This document shows positions 30,049-40,503 of a stretch of DNA of 64,000 nucleotides, piece after piece. The position numbers and the translations under genes are program-made. Within the stretch, counting starts at the first letter, position 1. Each line of letters opens with the position of its first letter. The DNA comes from Nitrospirota bacterium. GTDB taxonomy: Bacteria > Nitrospirota > UBA9217. The stretch lies in NCBI GenBank assembly GCA_963818475.1, contig CAWFSF010000006.1:704001-768000 (forward strand), in the 5' to 3' direction. A model generated the notes under the pieces. The model was not told the origin of the DNA. It searched no databases and saw nothing but the letters and a program-made list of their open reading frames with translations.

Positions 30049-31221
30049 ATGACCCCTGCTACGCGTATTTCTGTGAAAAAAGACAAGCCAATATTCGGGC
30101 TGCGCTACGACGCGAACGAAAAAATCCTGCCCTCCCATGAAGATCTGCGGGTCTTTCTGAAAAACACCCAAGCGCGTCACGGCGATGATCAGAAGGCGTA
30201 TCGCAAGCTGATCGCGGACCTGCAGGCGTTCGAGCAGGGTGGGCCTCACGACGTGCACCTGCATAATATCCGGGACAAAACATACTATCGTGTGCTCGGC
30301 CTGTCCTCCTTCGTCAACCACGCCCTCCTGTCGGCGGTCGTGGAGTATCAATATCACCTGACTACGCTCCTCTCGCTCGATCTCAAAAAACCCGCTGCGT
30401 TCATTCGTTCCGCTGAAGCAGAAATGAAAAGGTTCAATCCGAAAAAGAAAGAGGAAGCGGCCAAACTGGCCAAGCTGAAGGGGATGGTCGAGGACCGGAA
30501 GCAGGCGATCGAACTGCTCAAAAAACAGTGGGCGGTATTAACAACGGAGCTGAATCATATTGCGCGCTACATCCGGGACAATCTGCACAAGGTCGGAAAT
30601 CTCTGCGAGGCATCGATCGTCGTGCTGGTGGGTTTCCAGCTCCAACGCAAACAAGAGGCCCGGCTCATCGAGGACGTCAAATCATACTTCAAAGACGAGT
30701 TGAGGGAATCATTAAGCCAGGGGCCAATTACGAAACTGCACCTTGAGGCGGTAAAAAAAGACGTCGATATGCTTTCGAAAGAGATCTCAGCGCAGGTACG
30801 GGAAGACGTTTACGCGATTTCCGGGATGTGTGAAGCAATTTTCGACCACGTGAAGGGGAAAGCCGGCGAGATCAGCGATCTGATCGCCCGGATCGAGGAA
30901 AAAGCGGGCAGCGGCCCCGAAGATGAGACGCCGCTCTTTGCGCAGCTCGAACGGGTCCTGGTCGCGCTCATTTCAGAATATCAATTCAAATTAAACCTGA
31001 ATGCAGTTCGCACCGAGACGGCGCACAAAACGATCTTTCAGGAAAAAAGGAGAGAGATGCTCGCTCACCTTTTCGAGTTGCTGGAAAGAGAGCGCAGGTC
31101 TCCGCGTGATCGACGGTCGGCAACAGATCGCAGAAAATTCTCTGATGCCGATAGCCGGGGCCTGGAACGGAGAAGAAACGAAGAGAGAAGGACAGGGAAA
31201 AGCCGTCGAAAGGCTGAGTAG
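30049..31221 (+). CDS. Helical hypothetical protein with Arg-rich (E/D)RR tail
   Basis: Long ORF; C-terminus ERRSPRDRRSATDRR..ERRRNEERRTGKSRR. Confidence 0.65.
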   Translation: MTPATRISVKKDKPIFGLRYDANEKILPSHEDLRVFLKNTQARHGDDQKAYRKLIADLQAFEQGGPHDVHLHNIRDKTYYRVLGLSSFVNHALLSAVVEYQYHLTTLLSLDLKKPAAFIRSAEAEMKRFNPKKKEEAAKLAKLKGMVEDRKQAIELLKKQWAVLTTELNHIARYIRDNLHKVGNLCEASIVVLVGFQLQRKQEARLIEDVKSYFKDELRESLSQGPITKLHLEAVKKDVDMLSKEISAQVREDVYAISGMCEAIFDHVKGKAGEISDLIARIEEKAGSGPEDETPLFAQLERVLVALISEYQFKLNLNAVRTETAHKTIFQEKRREMLAHLFELLERERRSPRDRRSATDRRKFSDADSRGLERRRNEERRTGKSRRKAE

Positions 31222-31289
31222 GGGGGCGTGTGCCGGTCTGGGGGCTTCCTTCACTTTTCAAACACGATCTCGTTATATGCGTAGTTCAA

Positions 31290-31414
31290 CTAATCCAAAC
31301 GAATTAAATATTGTTACATCCAGGAAAGTCCCCCCTCGCCCTACCCTCTCCCCGCCGGGGAGAGGATAAAGGTGCGGGGCAAATCAGTAACGAATCTAAA
31401 TGCGTTTGTATTAG
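31290..31414. mobile_element. MITE family A, copy 4
   Basis: Near-identical to 26136-26261. Confidence 0.8.
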
Positions 31415-31487
31415 AAATTGCCGGGCGGGAGTATCGAAAAAACGCTACTGTCCTGGGTAATTCGAAAAAGAGAAGTTGCTTTTCTGG

Positions 31488-31883
31488 CTAGAACCTGTAC
31501 TTCAACACTACCTGGAGATTATTGATATCTTCTATCGGATTGAGACTGAACTTTCTAAGAGTTGGTGCAAGACTCCAAATAATATTACCACCGTCTTTGT
31601 GCAGTGGAATGGCAACAGTTTCTTCCAAGGATTCGTTCATTGAGCCGACAGGCATATCCGGGTGTTCCGGAGCGGTGGTCATTTCCCTGATGTTTTTGAA
31701 ATAGCCTGTTAAGCATTCGCTGGTAAGCCCTCCCGATATTTGCTCATTTCCTGGATGCATCATCTGAGCATCAGCAGCAGACTGCAAACTCAGGTCATTT
31801 GCCGCAGCGAGCGAAGCAGAAGCGCAGAAAATGACGAAAAAGATCGCTGCTGAATATTTTTGGAGACCATTGAATAACGCCAT
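31488..31883 (-). CDS. Secreted hypothetical protein
   Basis: Signal peptide (SLA-A); ends LKYRF. Confidence 0.55.
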   Translation of the reverse strand: MALFNGLQKYSAAIFFVIFCASASLAAANDLSLQSAADAQMMHPGNEQISGGLTSECLTGYFKNIREMTTAPEHPDMPVGSMNESLEETVAIPLHKDGGNIIWSLAPTLRKFSLNPIEDINNLQVVLKYRF

Positions 31884-31996
31884 GTGTCACCCCATCAATG
31901 GTTTTATTATATAATTATGGTGTGGATAGTTCATGTGATTCAAATCACGTTTGTCCGATCGAACGAATCGAACGTTGAGTTGTAAGGGAGGCGCTT

Positions 31997-32512
31997 GTGG
32001 AGCCCGTAAGACCTTATGAAAATTTCCCTTTTTCGATGGTTCTCTTCGCGATCCTGGTGACTCTTTCGATCTATGCCCTTGGCGTGGTCATTCTTTCCGG
32101 CTTCGGGAATATTGCGGCTGCGCTCTATCTGCTTTACTGCCTCGGCGCCGAGATCCATGTTATGAAAATGAGCTGTGTCGACTGCTGCTACTACGGCAAA
32201 TGGTGCGCATTCGGCAGGGGCAAAGTGGCCCCTTTCCTTTTCAAGCAAGGAGATCCGAAGCGGTTTACGTCCAAATCCATGTCGTGGAAAGACTTGCTGC
32301 CTGATATGCTTGTGTTGCTGGTCCCGCTGGTCGGAGGTATTGCGCTCCTGATCCGAGGTTTCTCATGGGGCATGGCGATGATGCTCGCGGCACTGTTGGC
32401 GTTGGCATTCGGCGGCAATTACGTCGTCAGGAGCCGAATAGCCTGCAAATACTGCAGGCAGCGTGAACTCGGGTGTCCTGCGGAGCAGTTTTTCGGCAAG
32501 CAGCGGGCGTAG
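31997..32512 (+). CDS. Membrane protein with Cys motifs
   Basis: Four TM segments; C.DC.YYGK.C and C.YC.QRE.GCP. Confidence 0.7.
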   Translation: MEPVRPYENFPFSMVLFAILVTLSIYALGVVILSGFGNIAAALYLLYCLGAEIHVMKMSCVDCCYYGKWCAFGRGKVAPFLFKQGDPKRFTSKSMSWKDLLPDMLVLLVPLVGGIALLIRGFSWGMAMMLAALLALAFGGNYVVRSRIACKYCRQRELGCPAEQFFGKQRA

Positions 32513-32679
32513 CGAAAAGAGCTGCCGCCGGAACAGCGCATTTGTAAGGAAAATCTCGGGTGTCAACACTGGCTTAACCGGTCCATTCAGTATAGCGCTA
32601 TGGCAAGGTCGGCTGGTCGGGTAGAGCGAAGCAATGCGGGGTGTTTATGCTGGTTGAATCCCCCAAGAGGACGCGTCAT

Positions 32680-33600
32680 ATGCAAACAATACTGGGAGCA
32701 GGCGGCGTAATCGGATCGGAATTGGCAAAAAGTCTCCCTCAATTCACCGACCGGATCAGGCTGGTGAGCCGTCATCCCCGAAAGGTCAATGCGAGCGATG
32801 AGCTCTTTTCAGCCGATCTCCTGAACGCTGAGCAGACGTCGCAGGCCGTGGAGGGCTCCGACGTCGTCTACCTGACCGCGGGCCTCCCGTACAACCTCAA
32901 GATATGGCAAAACCAGTGGCCAACGATCATGCGCAATGTCCTCGACGCCTGCAAGAAGCACCGCGCAAAATTCGTTTTTTTCGATAATGTCTATTGCTAC
33001 GGCCGGGTGAACGGCTGGATGACCGAAAGCACCCCGGTCAATCCTGCAAGCAAAAAGGGCATGGTCAGGGCGCAGATTGCCGATATGGTCCTGGAAGAGA
33101 TAGCACACGGTACTCTTCAGGCCCTTATTGCCAGGTCAGCGGATTTTTACGGGCCCAACACGCCGCTCAGTTTTGTAAACGTCATGGTCTTTGAGAATTT
33201 ACGAAACGGCAAAAAAGCGCAATGGATGATCAACGATACCGTGCTGCACTCGCTCACTTACACACCTGACGCAGGAAAAGCGACCGCTCTCCTGGGAAAT
33301 ACCGATTCTGCCTACGGCCAGATCTGGCATTTGCCGACGGACAGAAACGCTTTGACAGGCAGGGAGATTATCGAAATGGCTGCGCGCGAGTTCAATGTGA
33401 AGCCCGGTCACACCACGCTTCCCCGATGGATGCTGCGGATGGCGGGGCTCTTCAGCGGGGTCATCAGGGAAAGCGTGGAGATGCTGTATCAAAATGATTC
33501 CGACTATCTCTTTGACAGCAGCAAGTTCGACAAGGCCTTCGACTTCAAGACAACAAGCTACGAACAGGGCGTCAAAGAGACCGTGCGTTCCATGAGATGA
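32680..33600 (+). CDS. NAD-dependent epimerase/dehydratase (atypical SDR)
   Basis: TILGAGG.IG, FFDNVY.YG, AR.ADFYGP, YTPDAGKA. Confidence 0.9.
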   Translation: MQTILGAGGVIGSELAKSLPQFTDRIRLVSRHPRKVNASDELFSADLLNAEQTSQAVEGSDVVYLTAGLPYNLKIWQNQWPTIMRNVLDACKKHRAKFVFFDNVYCYGRVNGWMTESTPVNPASKKGMVRAQIADMVLEEIAHGTLQALIARSADFYGPNTPLSFVNVMVFENLRNGKKAQWMINDTVLHSLTYTPDAGKATALLGNTDSAYGQIWHLPTDRNALTGREIIEMAAREFNVKPGHTTLPRWMLRMAGLFSGVIRESVEMLYQNDSDYLFDSSKFDKAFDFKTTSYEQGVKETVRSMR

Positions 33601-33724
33601 TGCCTGTTGCTGACAAAGGGATGAAAACTCATGCCGGGATGAACCCTAAGAACGCACCTGTCATTTCTGACAGGTGACAGCGAGCAATAAATCAGTTACA
33701 ATCATGCAATAAATTGTCGAGGGC
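33414..33724 (+). repeat. Direct repeat 1 (epimerase 3' end plus downstream spacer), partner at 36821-37129
   Basis: ~300 bp clearly alignable, differences in the coding part mostly at third positions. Confidence 0.9.
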
Positions 33725-33929
33725 GCTTTCGGCCCCAAATGCATCAACGTCTCCAAGTCGGTAAGGAAAATATAGGCAACTCAATCTTTAAGTCTCCATA
33801 CGGTCCATACGGTCGAATCAACGTTTCCCATTTTTCGTTCTACGCCCGCCGCTACGCCGCGAGTGACTTATCGTTAAAACATATGAGGTACATCTCGGAA
33901 GGGCCGTATTAGCTACTCCAGAAGGGCAA

Positions 33930-34223
33930 AAGTACGAGGCCTCTTGGGGTGAGGTCATGCAAGTCGTAATCCCGGCTTGTGTACCCGCAGGATCTACATC
34001 ACCTGCCAACTTGGGAAAATTCACATTTGTTGCGAGCGTTGCATCGTCTGGCCTGGTTTCCGATGTCGAAGTGAGGCCGAGCACAGTGGTATCTCGTTGC
34101 TTTGCAGCGCATTTCAGTGGGGCGCAGCTGCCACCACCACCGAAAATGGGAAAAAATGGTGCGCTCTTTCCAATTGCTGACGTGTTGGAAATTATTGCTG
34201 ACGTGTTGGAAATTATTCCGTGA
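33930..34223 (+). pseudogene. Truncated gene remnant containing a 21-bp tandem duplication
   Basis: Open frame lacking a proper start; ATTGCTGACGTGTTGGAAATT x2 at 34173-34214; preceded by an attC-like right half (GTTAAAA at ~33872). Confidence 0.4.
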
Positions 34224-34384
34224 GCTGCGCTCTTCCGCTGGAATAGCGGGGCTGAAATCGCATAGAGATGCGGGTGCAGCGTGGGCTAAAGATTAGATCT
34301 TTGGCTGGAAACCAGAACAGAGACCTTGCATCTCTCAGCGGCTCATCGTCTCTGCGGGAGAAAAGAATTTCATTTAAAAACGCT

Positions 34385-34924
34385 ATGAAGATACACGAAC
34401 ACGCTTCTCTTCTTGATGACATCCTTGAAAGCCGGCGTGAGTCCCTCGACAAAGACTTCGATGCCTATAGGAACCATTGTTATCGCGTCCTGAATTTTTG
34501 CCTCGCATTTTGTGGAGAAAGTGCAGAGACTGAGAGCAAGGTGTCTATCGCTGCGGCATTCCATGACCTGGGGATCTGGGTGAACAAAACCTACGATTAC
34601 CTTGAGCCATCTAAACAACTTGCTCGCGAGTATCTTGCAATAGCGGGTCAGGGCGGATGGACCGAAGAGATCGAATCCATGATCGAGCAGCATCACAAGC
34701 TCAGAAACTATAAAGCCGATCCGGGCTGGTTGGTGGAGCCCTTCCGAAAAGCGGACTGGATCGATGTATCGAGAGGATGGCTAACGTTTGGATTGCCTTC
34801 CGCCTTTGTGGTGGAGGTTCTGTCGAAGTTTCCGAACGCAGGGTTTCATAAACGGCTTGTCGACTTGACCTGGCAGCGGCTTAAGGCTCATCCCTTTAGC
34901 CCTTTGCCCATGATGAGGCTATGA
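34385..34924 (+). CDS. HD-domain-like protein
   Basis: YRNHCYRV, AAAFHDLGIW, HHK, FRKAD.IDV. Confidence 0.8.
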   Translation: MKIHEHASLLDDILESRRESLDKDFDAYRNHCYRVLNFCLAFCGESAETESKVSIAAAFHDLGIWVNKTYDYLEPSKQLAREYLAIAGQGGWTEEIESMIEQHHKLRNYKADPGWLVEPFRKADWIDVSRGWLTFGLPSAFVVEVLSKFPNAGFHKRLVDLTWQRLKAHPFSPLPMMRL

Positions 34925-35011
34925 GCATAACGATGCGCTTTTGACTCCAAGAGGAACCAGGGGGAGTAGAGATGTTTGCCTTTGTGATTAACGAAATGAT
35001 CGTGAAAACCC

Positions 35012-35419
35012 ATGATTGACAAAACAGAGAAAAGGTCACCTGCCCTCGGCTCGCAGGAAGAAACTGACGCAATAAGGCGGGAAAAACGATACAACGTTCC
35101 TGATGCCTGTCAGCAGTACATCAAGTTGCTGGTAAAGCACGGCGACGAATTCGTGCCCGCTATTCTCGGCAACTTCAGCCGCAATGGCATTCTGTTCGAG
35201 TGTCCCGTGTCGTTCGGTCAGGGAGAGCATACAGCGTGTACCATATCGATTTCTTTGTTGCTTGCTCGTGAAATATCATTTGATATTAAGGTCAGGTACT
35301 GCTACGCGGATCAGGTCTCCTATATTATAGGAGCTTCTATTGATACCATTTCAGATGAGATCTGGTTTGATGCCTTTGTTGAAGTGTATGATCTTATCGC
35401 GCTCCGCGGCTCCGTATAA
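35012..35419 (+). CDS. PilZ-domain protein
   Basis: RREKRY (RxxxR) and NFSRNG (D/NxSxxG). Confidence 0.75.
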   Translation: MIDKTEKRSPALGSQEETDAIRREKRYNVPDACQQYIKLLVKHGDEFVPAILGNFSRNGILFECPVSFGQGEHTACTISISLLLAREISFDIKVRYCYADQVSYIIGASIDTISDEIWFDAFVEVYDLIALRGSV

Positions 35420-35626
35420 CAGCCGCCTTTTGGCATGTTCAGAATGACAATTGCCGGGATTCAGTTGACTTTACCCTCTCCCAGAGGGGAGAGGGTTGGG
35501 TGAGGGATCTTTATGGGCATCATTTTCACTCGGACTGATCTGTATTTCCTGTTTCATGCGCCTGCTTCGAGACAAGGTCGACTCGTCTATCGCGGTCGTC
35601 GAACGAGCAGAAAGGCAAAGACAGAA

Positions 35627-36190
35627 ATGCAAAGAGCAAAAGACATGAAAGCAAAACAACGTGAAGAACTACTCAGAGCATTGAAAGCCCGTTTTGAGAA
35701 AAACATGAACCGCCATAAAGGTCTTGAATGGGCTAAAGTACAAGCAAAGCTGGAAGCTAATCCTGAAAAACTGTGGTCACTCAATGAAATGGAAAGAACC
35801 GGCGGTGAACCGGATGTTGTTGGTCATGATAAAAAGACGGGCGAATACATTTTTTATGATTGTTCAGCGGAAAGTCCTAAAGGCCGCAGAAGTGTTTGTT
35901 ACGACCGTGAAGCGCTGGAGTCAAGGAAAGAACATAAACCAGAAAATAACGCTATTGATATGGCAGCTGCCATGGGCATTGAGCTTTTAACGGAAGAACA
36001 ATATCGAGAGTTGCAGAAACTTGGAAATTTCGATACGAAAACGTCGAGCTGGGTGAAAACACCTTCTGATATTAGAAAACTCGGCGGCGCCCTCTTTGCT
36101 GATCGCCGCTACGACCATGTCTTCGTGTATCACAACGGTGCGGACTCTTACTATGGCGCCAGGGGGTTCCGTGGCTCGCTAAGGGTCTAA
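35627..36190 (+). CDS. DUF4256-family protein
   Basis: LKARFEKNM.RH, MERTGGEPDVV, DCSAESPKGRRS.CYD, YHNGA.SYY..RGFRG. Confidence 0.9.
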   Translation: MQRAKDMKAKQREELLRALKARFEKNMNRHKGLEWAKVQAKLEANPEKLWSLNEMERTGGEPDVVGHDKKTGEYIFYDCSAESPKGRRSVCYDREALESRKEHKPENNAIDMAAAMGIELLTEEQYRELQKLGNFDTKTSSWVKTPSDIRKLGGALFADRRYDHVFVYHNGADSYYGARGFRGSLRV

Positions 36191-36208
36191 ATTTTGCGCA
36201 GATAGTCG

Positions 36209-36320
36209 GTAGGGTAGAGGGGAGCGAAACGCGACGGGTTCGCCGATTGATTCCGAGAATCGAGCATCGGTATCGGCCAGCTTAAAGGCGTTGGGTTTCA
36301 CTTTGTTCTACCCAACCTAC
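36209..36320. repeat. GTAG-type REP doublet
   Basis: GTAGGGTAGAG..GCGAAAC facing GTTGGGTTTCAC..TTCTACCCAACCTAC; related fragment near 5510-5558. Confidence 0.55.
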
Positions 36321-36647
36321 CGGCTATCGTGTGGTGTAGTCAATTTACTCCTGAATCTGTTGAAGTTGCACTTCTTTGAAATATAGCATGTTGGATTCTG
36401 TATTCATTGAAGTATCTCATCGTCGTCGTTGCCAAGTCATGACATCAAGCATATATTCCGACCAAGAAACCGTGAGGCTTTACACGAAGACATAAGGTAT
36501 AGCTGTGCGGAAAAATCAAGGATGCCGAATTGAAAAAGTTTATTATTTCATAAACCGGCTCGCGATCGAGTTCAACGGTTAAATTTTGGCCGACCAAACC
36601 TAAGCGATAATAGAATTAATTTTGAAGGCATTCCAGTTTTTATTGGA

Positions 36648-37007
36648 TTGTTCAGCGCTCTTTCTCTTATCCTTTCTGTCATCTATGATTGGGGATATTT
36701 TATCGCTTTAGACATTTCTTTTGCAGAAGCACCCACGTCATTGTCGGATCATATCAAGAGCGCTTTAATTTGGGTGCCCCCTGCAGCCTTGATTATTTTT
36801 ATAGTGGCTGTTATAGAACTGACGCTTCCCCGATGGATGCTGCGGATGGCAGGACTCTTCAGCGGGGTCAGCAGGGAAGACGTGGAAATGCTGTATCAAA
36901 ATGATTCGGACTATCTCTTTGACAGCAGCAAGTTCGACAAGGCCTTTGACTTCAAGACCACAAGCTATGAAAAGGGCGTCGAAGAGACCGTGCGGTCCAT
37001 GAGATGA
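36648..37007 (+). pseudogene. Chimeric ORF: AT-rich membrane-protein fragment fused to a stranded epimerase tail
   Basis: Junction at ~36820; C-terminal TLPRWMLRMAGLFSGV...ETVRSMR matches the end of 32680-33600. Confidence 0.75.
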
Positions 37008-37479
37008 TGCCGGTTGCCGATAAACGGATGGAAATTCATGCCAGATGAGCCCAAGAACGCACCTGTCACTTCTGACAGGTGACAGCGAACAATAAATAAG
37101 TTACAATCATGCAGTAGATTGTCGATGGCACTTCTGCTTGAATTTTTCGACGCAACTTCAACAACAACGTCCCTAAATCGGTCCGGTTCGCGGCGAGTCA
37201 CCGGCACGTTGAGTCTGTAGGAAAACCCCTAAAAGGCACATTTTAGGCCCTTGATGGCAGCAACACAATTTGCCTGATGATAATAAGAATGATACTGACG
37301 GTGATTCTCGGCCCGAATGACGGGCTTTTCCTCGCTTGATGATCATCGCAAGACATCGTTGAAGTTTAATCACGTTAAGCGAAGCCTGGTGCGTTGGTGT
37401 TTGAAAAGGTACTTTTCCTACAGACTCGTTATATCGAAAAAGAAAGAAGATAAATGCCGCAGGCATCTGACCACGGATG

Positions 37480-37781
37480 TCTTATTATAAAGAACGCACA
37501 TTAAGAGGAGGTGTCTTATGAAAGTTAAGAGAAGCGCGAAGGGCCTCAAGAAGATTGGACTGGAAGATATGTATCGGCTGAACCGGCTGTCTGAGGAAAT
37601 AGACGGTAGAGTACACAAACGGCTTCCATACTTCATCGAGCAAGTGTATAATCGGAAACGACTGCATGCATCACTGGATTATGTTCCTCCGTTGAAGACG
37701 AGGCAATGCTGATAAACCAGAATAAAAATCCACCCTGTCCGATTACTCTAAGCTGACTGTCGAAACCTAGGGTGCAGTTCA
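37480..37781 (+). mobile_element. IS3-family remnant
   Basis: RLPYFIEQVYNRKRLHASLDYVPP (integrase-core C-terminus) followed by a right-end-like ...GGGTGCAGTTCA. Confidence 0.7.
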
Positions 37782-38211
37782 GTGTGGGCTTTAGGGGGCT
37801 GTTTCTACAGCTCGTAGATGGGAACAAGATGGAAAGGAGACAATTATGGTCATGTGAAGGATAGTCGACAGCGTCTTACCTTGCCTTCCATCGGAAATCT
37901 TTGCGATGGTTAGGAAGCGAAAGCTGAGAGTCCAGTTACGCGCAATACCATGCGCTACTGAAAACTCTTTGTATGTTAACCGGTCGTCAATTCCGGGAAG
38001 AGGCTGAGAACGTGCAGCGCATTAGCGGGGTAGGGCGTGCAGCAGCAATACCGTCTTCGCCACATAGATCGAGAACGCTCAGAAATTTGCGAGTCATAAG
38101 AGGGAATTCTCGCTTGACCGACTAGCTGGAACCCAGAGAAGACAACCGGGATTTCAATCAGTTTAGATTCGGTGAGAGATAAATATAGAGCGAAATTGAA
38201 TTGAAATAAAA

Positions 38212-38289
38212 CCGTAACAAGCGCATCATTCGGACCTCAAAAAGCTGTGCGCGCTCCGCTTTTGCGTCCGGTTATGCACCTCGTTAATT
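38212..38289 (+). other. Solitary integron attC-like site
   Basis: CCGTAAC-aaGCGCATCATT-CGGAC..GTCCG-GTTATGCAC-ctc-GTTAATT, immediately before an AT-rich ORF. Confidence 0.6.
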
Positions 38290-38306
38290 TTCAAGAGGAG
38301 ATGAAT

Positions 38307-39127
38307 ATGGTAGATAATTCCATAATTAATATAGGTGAGCTATCAAAGCCGGCAACTGTGTTAATCGAGAGAATTTCAGATGCTGTCGGTGGTATTTTCA
38401 AGCCATGTCAAATTAATCCGTGTTGCAAAAGCTGAAATCGAAGCGGATGCTACGTGCTGAATCTCAACTCCAAATTACAGACCTTCATCGACGTGCTCTT
38501 CATCGGTTCTTGGAAGAAGAGGCGAAAAAACAAACTAACATTGAGAAAATAACTCAAAAAGCATTACCTCACGTTGACGAGAATGCAGCACCGGACAAAA
38601 TTGAGGATGATTGGATAACAAATTTCTTTGATAAGTGTCGGCTGATTTCAGACTCTGAAATGCAACGTTTATGGTCACGCGTTCTTTCTGGTGAAGCTAA
38701 TGTGCCCGGCTCATATTCTAAAAGGACAGTCGATTTCTTATCATCATTAGACAAGAGAGATGCAGAAATTTTTACTCGATTATGTACTTTTAAAATTGAA
38801 ATCGGTGATGTAGTGCCGATGGTCTATAACTTGGAAAGTGAAATTTATTCCAGGCACGAAATAAATTTCAATTCATTAAGCCATCTTGAGAGCATAGGTT
38901 TGATTCAGTTTGATGGTATGACAAGTTTCGCACGGTCGAAACTGCCAGAAAAGATAACCGTTCTGTATTACGGTTCTCCTGCCGATCTTGAATTTCCGGG
39001 CGCTGAAAACAACCAAATGATTCTTGGAATGGTTCTGCTCACACAAATTGGCCAAGAACTCGCCCCAATTTGTAATTCCTCACCTGACCCAGGGAACTTT
39101 GGGGACGTCGTTACTTACATTGCATAA
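38307..39127 (+). CDS. DUF2806-family protein (frameshift near 38420-38450, 3' end possibly replaced)
   Basis: KPATVLIE.ISDAVG.IF.P, E..KQ.NIE.I, IEDDW..NFFDK...ISD.EMQ.LW..VL.GE. Confidence 0.75.
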
Positions 39128-39272
39128 CACTTAATGTGTGCATGGTTTGGGAAGATTGGAATCCAGGCAGCAACGCAACGTAAGTAACAACGCTATGTCA
39201 CCAAAGCGCCCCTTATTGAGCTTGTCTTGGCGCGCCTCTTAAATTAACCAATTGGCAGATCTGACCGAATGG

Positions 39273-39287
39273 GCTTACAATGTAAGC
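39273..39287. promoter_or_regulatory. Palindromic operator upstream of mazE-like gene
   Basis: Perfect 7-1-7 palindrome GCTTACA-A-TGTAAGC. Confidence 0.6.
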
Positions 39288-39312
39288 ACATGGTAAAAGG
39301 ATGGTACCTGTT

Positions 39313-39561
39313 ATGAAAACCCATTTGATTCAAGTTGGAAATTCGCGAGGCATAAGGCTGCCGAAACTTTTCATCTCACAGGCCGGATTGACCGATGAAG
39401 TCGAAATTCATATAAGAGATGGTGCAATAGTTATAGAGAACGCATCTTCGCCTCGTGAAGGCTGGGCTAAAGCAGCCAAAGCAATCCATGATCGTGCTGA
39501 AGATGTATTGCTTATGCCATCGAACCCTACCCGTTTTGACGAAAAGGATTGGAAGTGGTAA
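39313..39561 (+). CDS. mazE: AbrB/MazE-family antitoxin
   Basis: LIQVGNSRGIRLPK, VEI....G.IVI, PREGW. Confidence 0.88.
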   Translation: MKTHLIQVGNSRGIRLPKLFISQAGLTDEVEIHIRDGAIVIENASSPREGWAKAAKAIHDRAEDVLLMPSNPTRFDEKDWKW

Positions 39562-39777
39562 TGTCCGATGCCGTGCGCCGTGGCGATGTATTCCTGATCT
39601 CGCTCGATCCAGTATCCTTTCCGAATCGCATGCCGGTTTCAAGGACGTGCAGGCCATATCGTTCTGGATCAGATTCGCACAGTCGATCGCGAGCGTCTGG
39701 TTAAGAAACTCGGCAAACTCTCTGCTTCCACACTATCAAATGTTTTGGCAATTTTGCAGGAGATGTTCGCGCCCTAA
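39555..39777 (+). pseudogene. mazF: PemK/MazF toxin with internal deletion
   Basis: VRRGDVFLISLDP joined out of frame to YPFRI..IVLDQIRTVDRERLVKKLG..LQEMF; the G.E..K.RP..AP.TT segment is missing. Confidence 0.85.
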
Positions 39778-39944
39778 TTGTTTCGGCTCAGACTTGGATC
39801 TGTAGTTATTGTTCCTCCACCCCTCCATCCGTCGCCTTCTCTTTCTCTCGAAACAGCGCTCCTTTGTTTCCTTGTATGTTGATCCCCATGCGATCAGACC
39901 CTCCGATGGTATAATATATACAGGGAAGAAGGAGGCGAACGAAC

Positions 39945-40427
39945 ATGACGAAGAAACCGGCAATTACCCATAAGATCACGCCGCATCTCTGGTTCGACAA
40001 GGAGGCCAGGGAGGCGGCTGAGTTCTACACTTCGGTGTTCCCCAAGTCGAAGATCAAGAGCACAACGACGCTCAATGACACACCGTCCGGCACGGTGGAG
40101 GTCGTCACCATCGACCTCATGGGGCAGGAGTTCATGCTGCTCTCGGCCGGGCCGCTCTTCAAATTCAACGAATCGATCTCGTTCATCATCCGCTGCAAGA
40201 CCCAGAAGGAGATCGACTACTACTGGGAGAAGCTCTCTGCTGTACCGGAAGCGGAGCAGTGCGGCTGGCTCAAGGACAAGTACGGCCTGTCGTGGCAGAT
40301 CGTTCCGGCGGCCATGGACAAAATGATGAAGGACAAGAACAGGGAGCGGCTTGCCCGGGTGACCGAGGCATTCCTCAAGATGAAGAAGTTCGACATCAAG
40401 ACGCTCGAACGGGCATATAAGGGCTGA
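39945..40427 (+). CDS. VOC/PhnB-like protein (3-demethylubiquinone-9 3-methyltransferase family)
   Basis: KITPHLWFD..A.EAA.FY, FKFNESISF, EIDYYWEKL, CGWLKDKYGLSWQIVP. Confidence 0.92.
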   Translation: MTKKPAITHKITPHLWFDKEAREAAEFYTSVFPKSKIKSTTTLNDTPSGTVEVVTIDLMGQEFMLLSAGPLFKFNESISFIIRCKTQKEIDYYWEKLSAVPEAEQCGWLKDKYGLSWQIVPAAMDKMMKDKNRERLARVTEAFLKMKKFDIKTLERAYKG

Positions 40428-40503
40428 CCTGGCAGGAGAAACAGCAGGCTCAGGTTGTTCAATTTACACTGAAGCATGAGAGGACTAGGGGGTCATTTCT
40501 TTG

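Noticed and set aside
33414-37129. Diversity-generating retroelement TR/VR pair
   Set aside because: Mismatches are not adenine-specific, the repeat extends into non-coding DNA, and no reverse transcriptase is present
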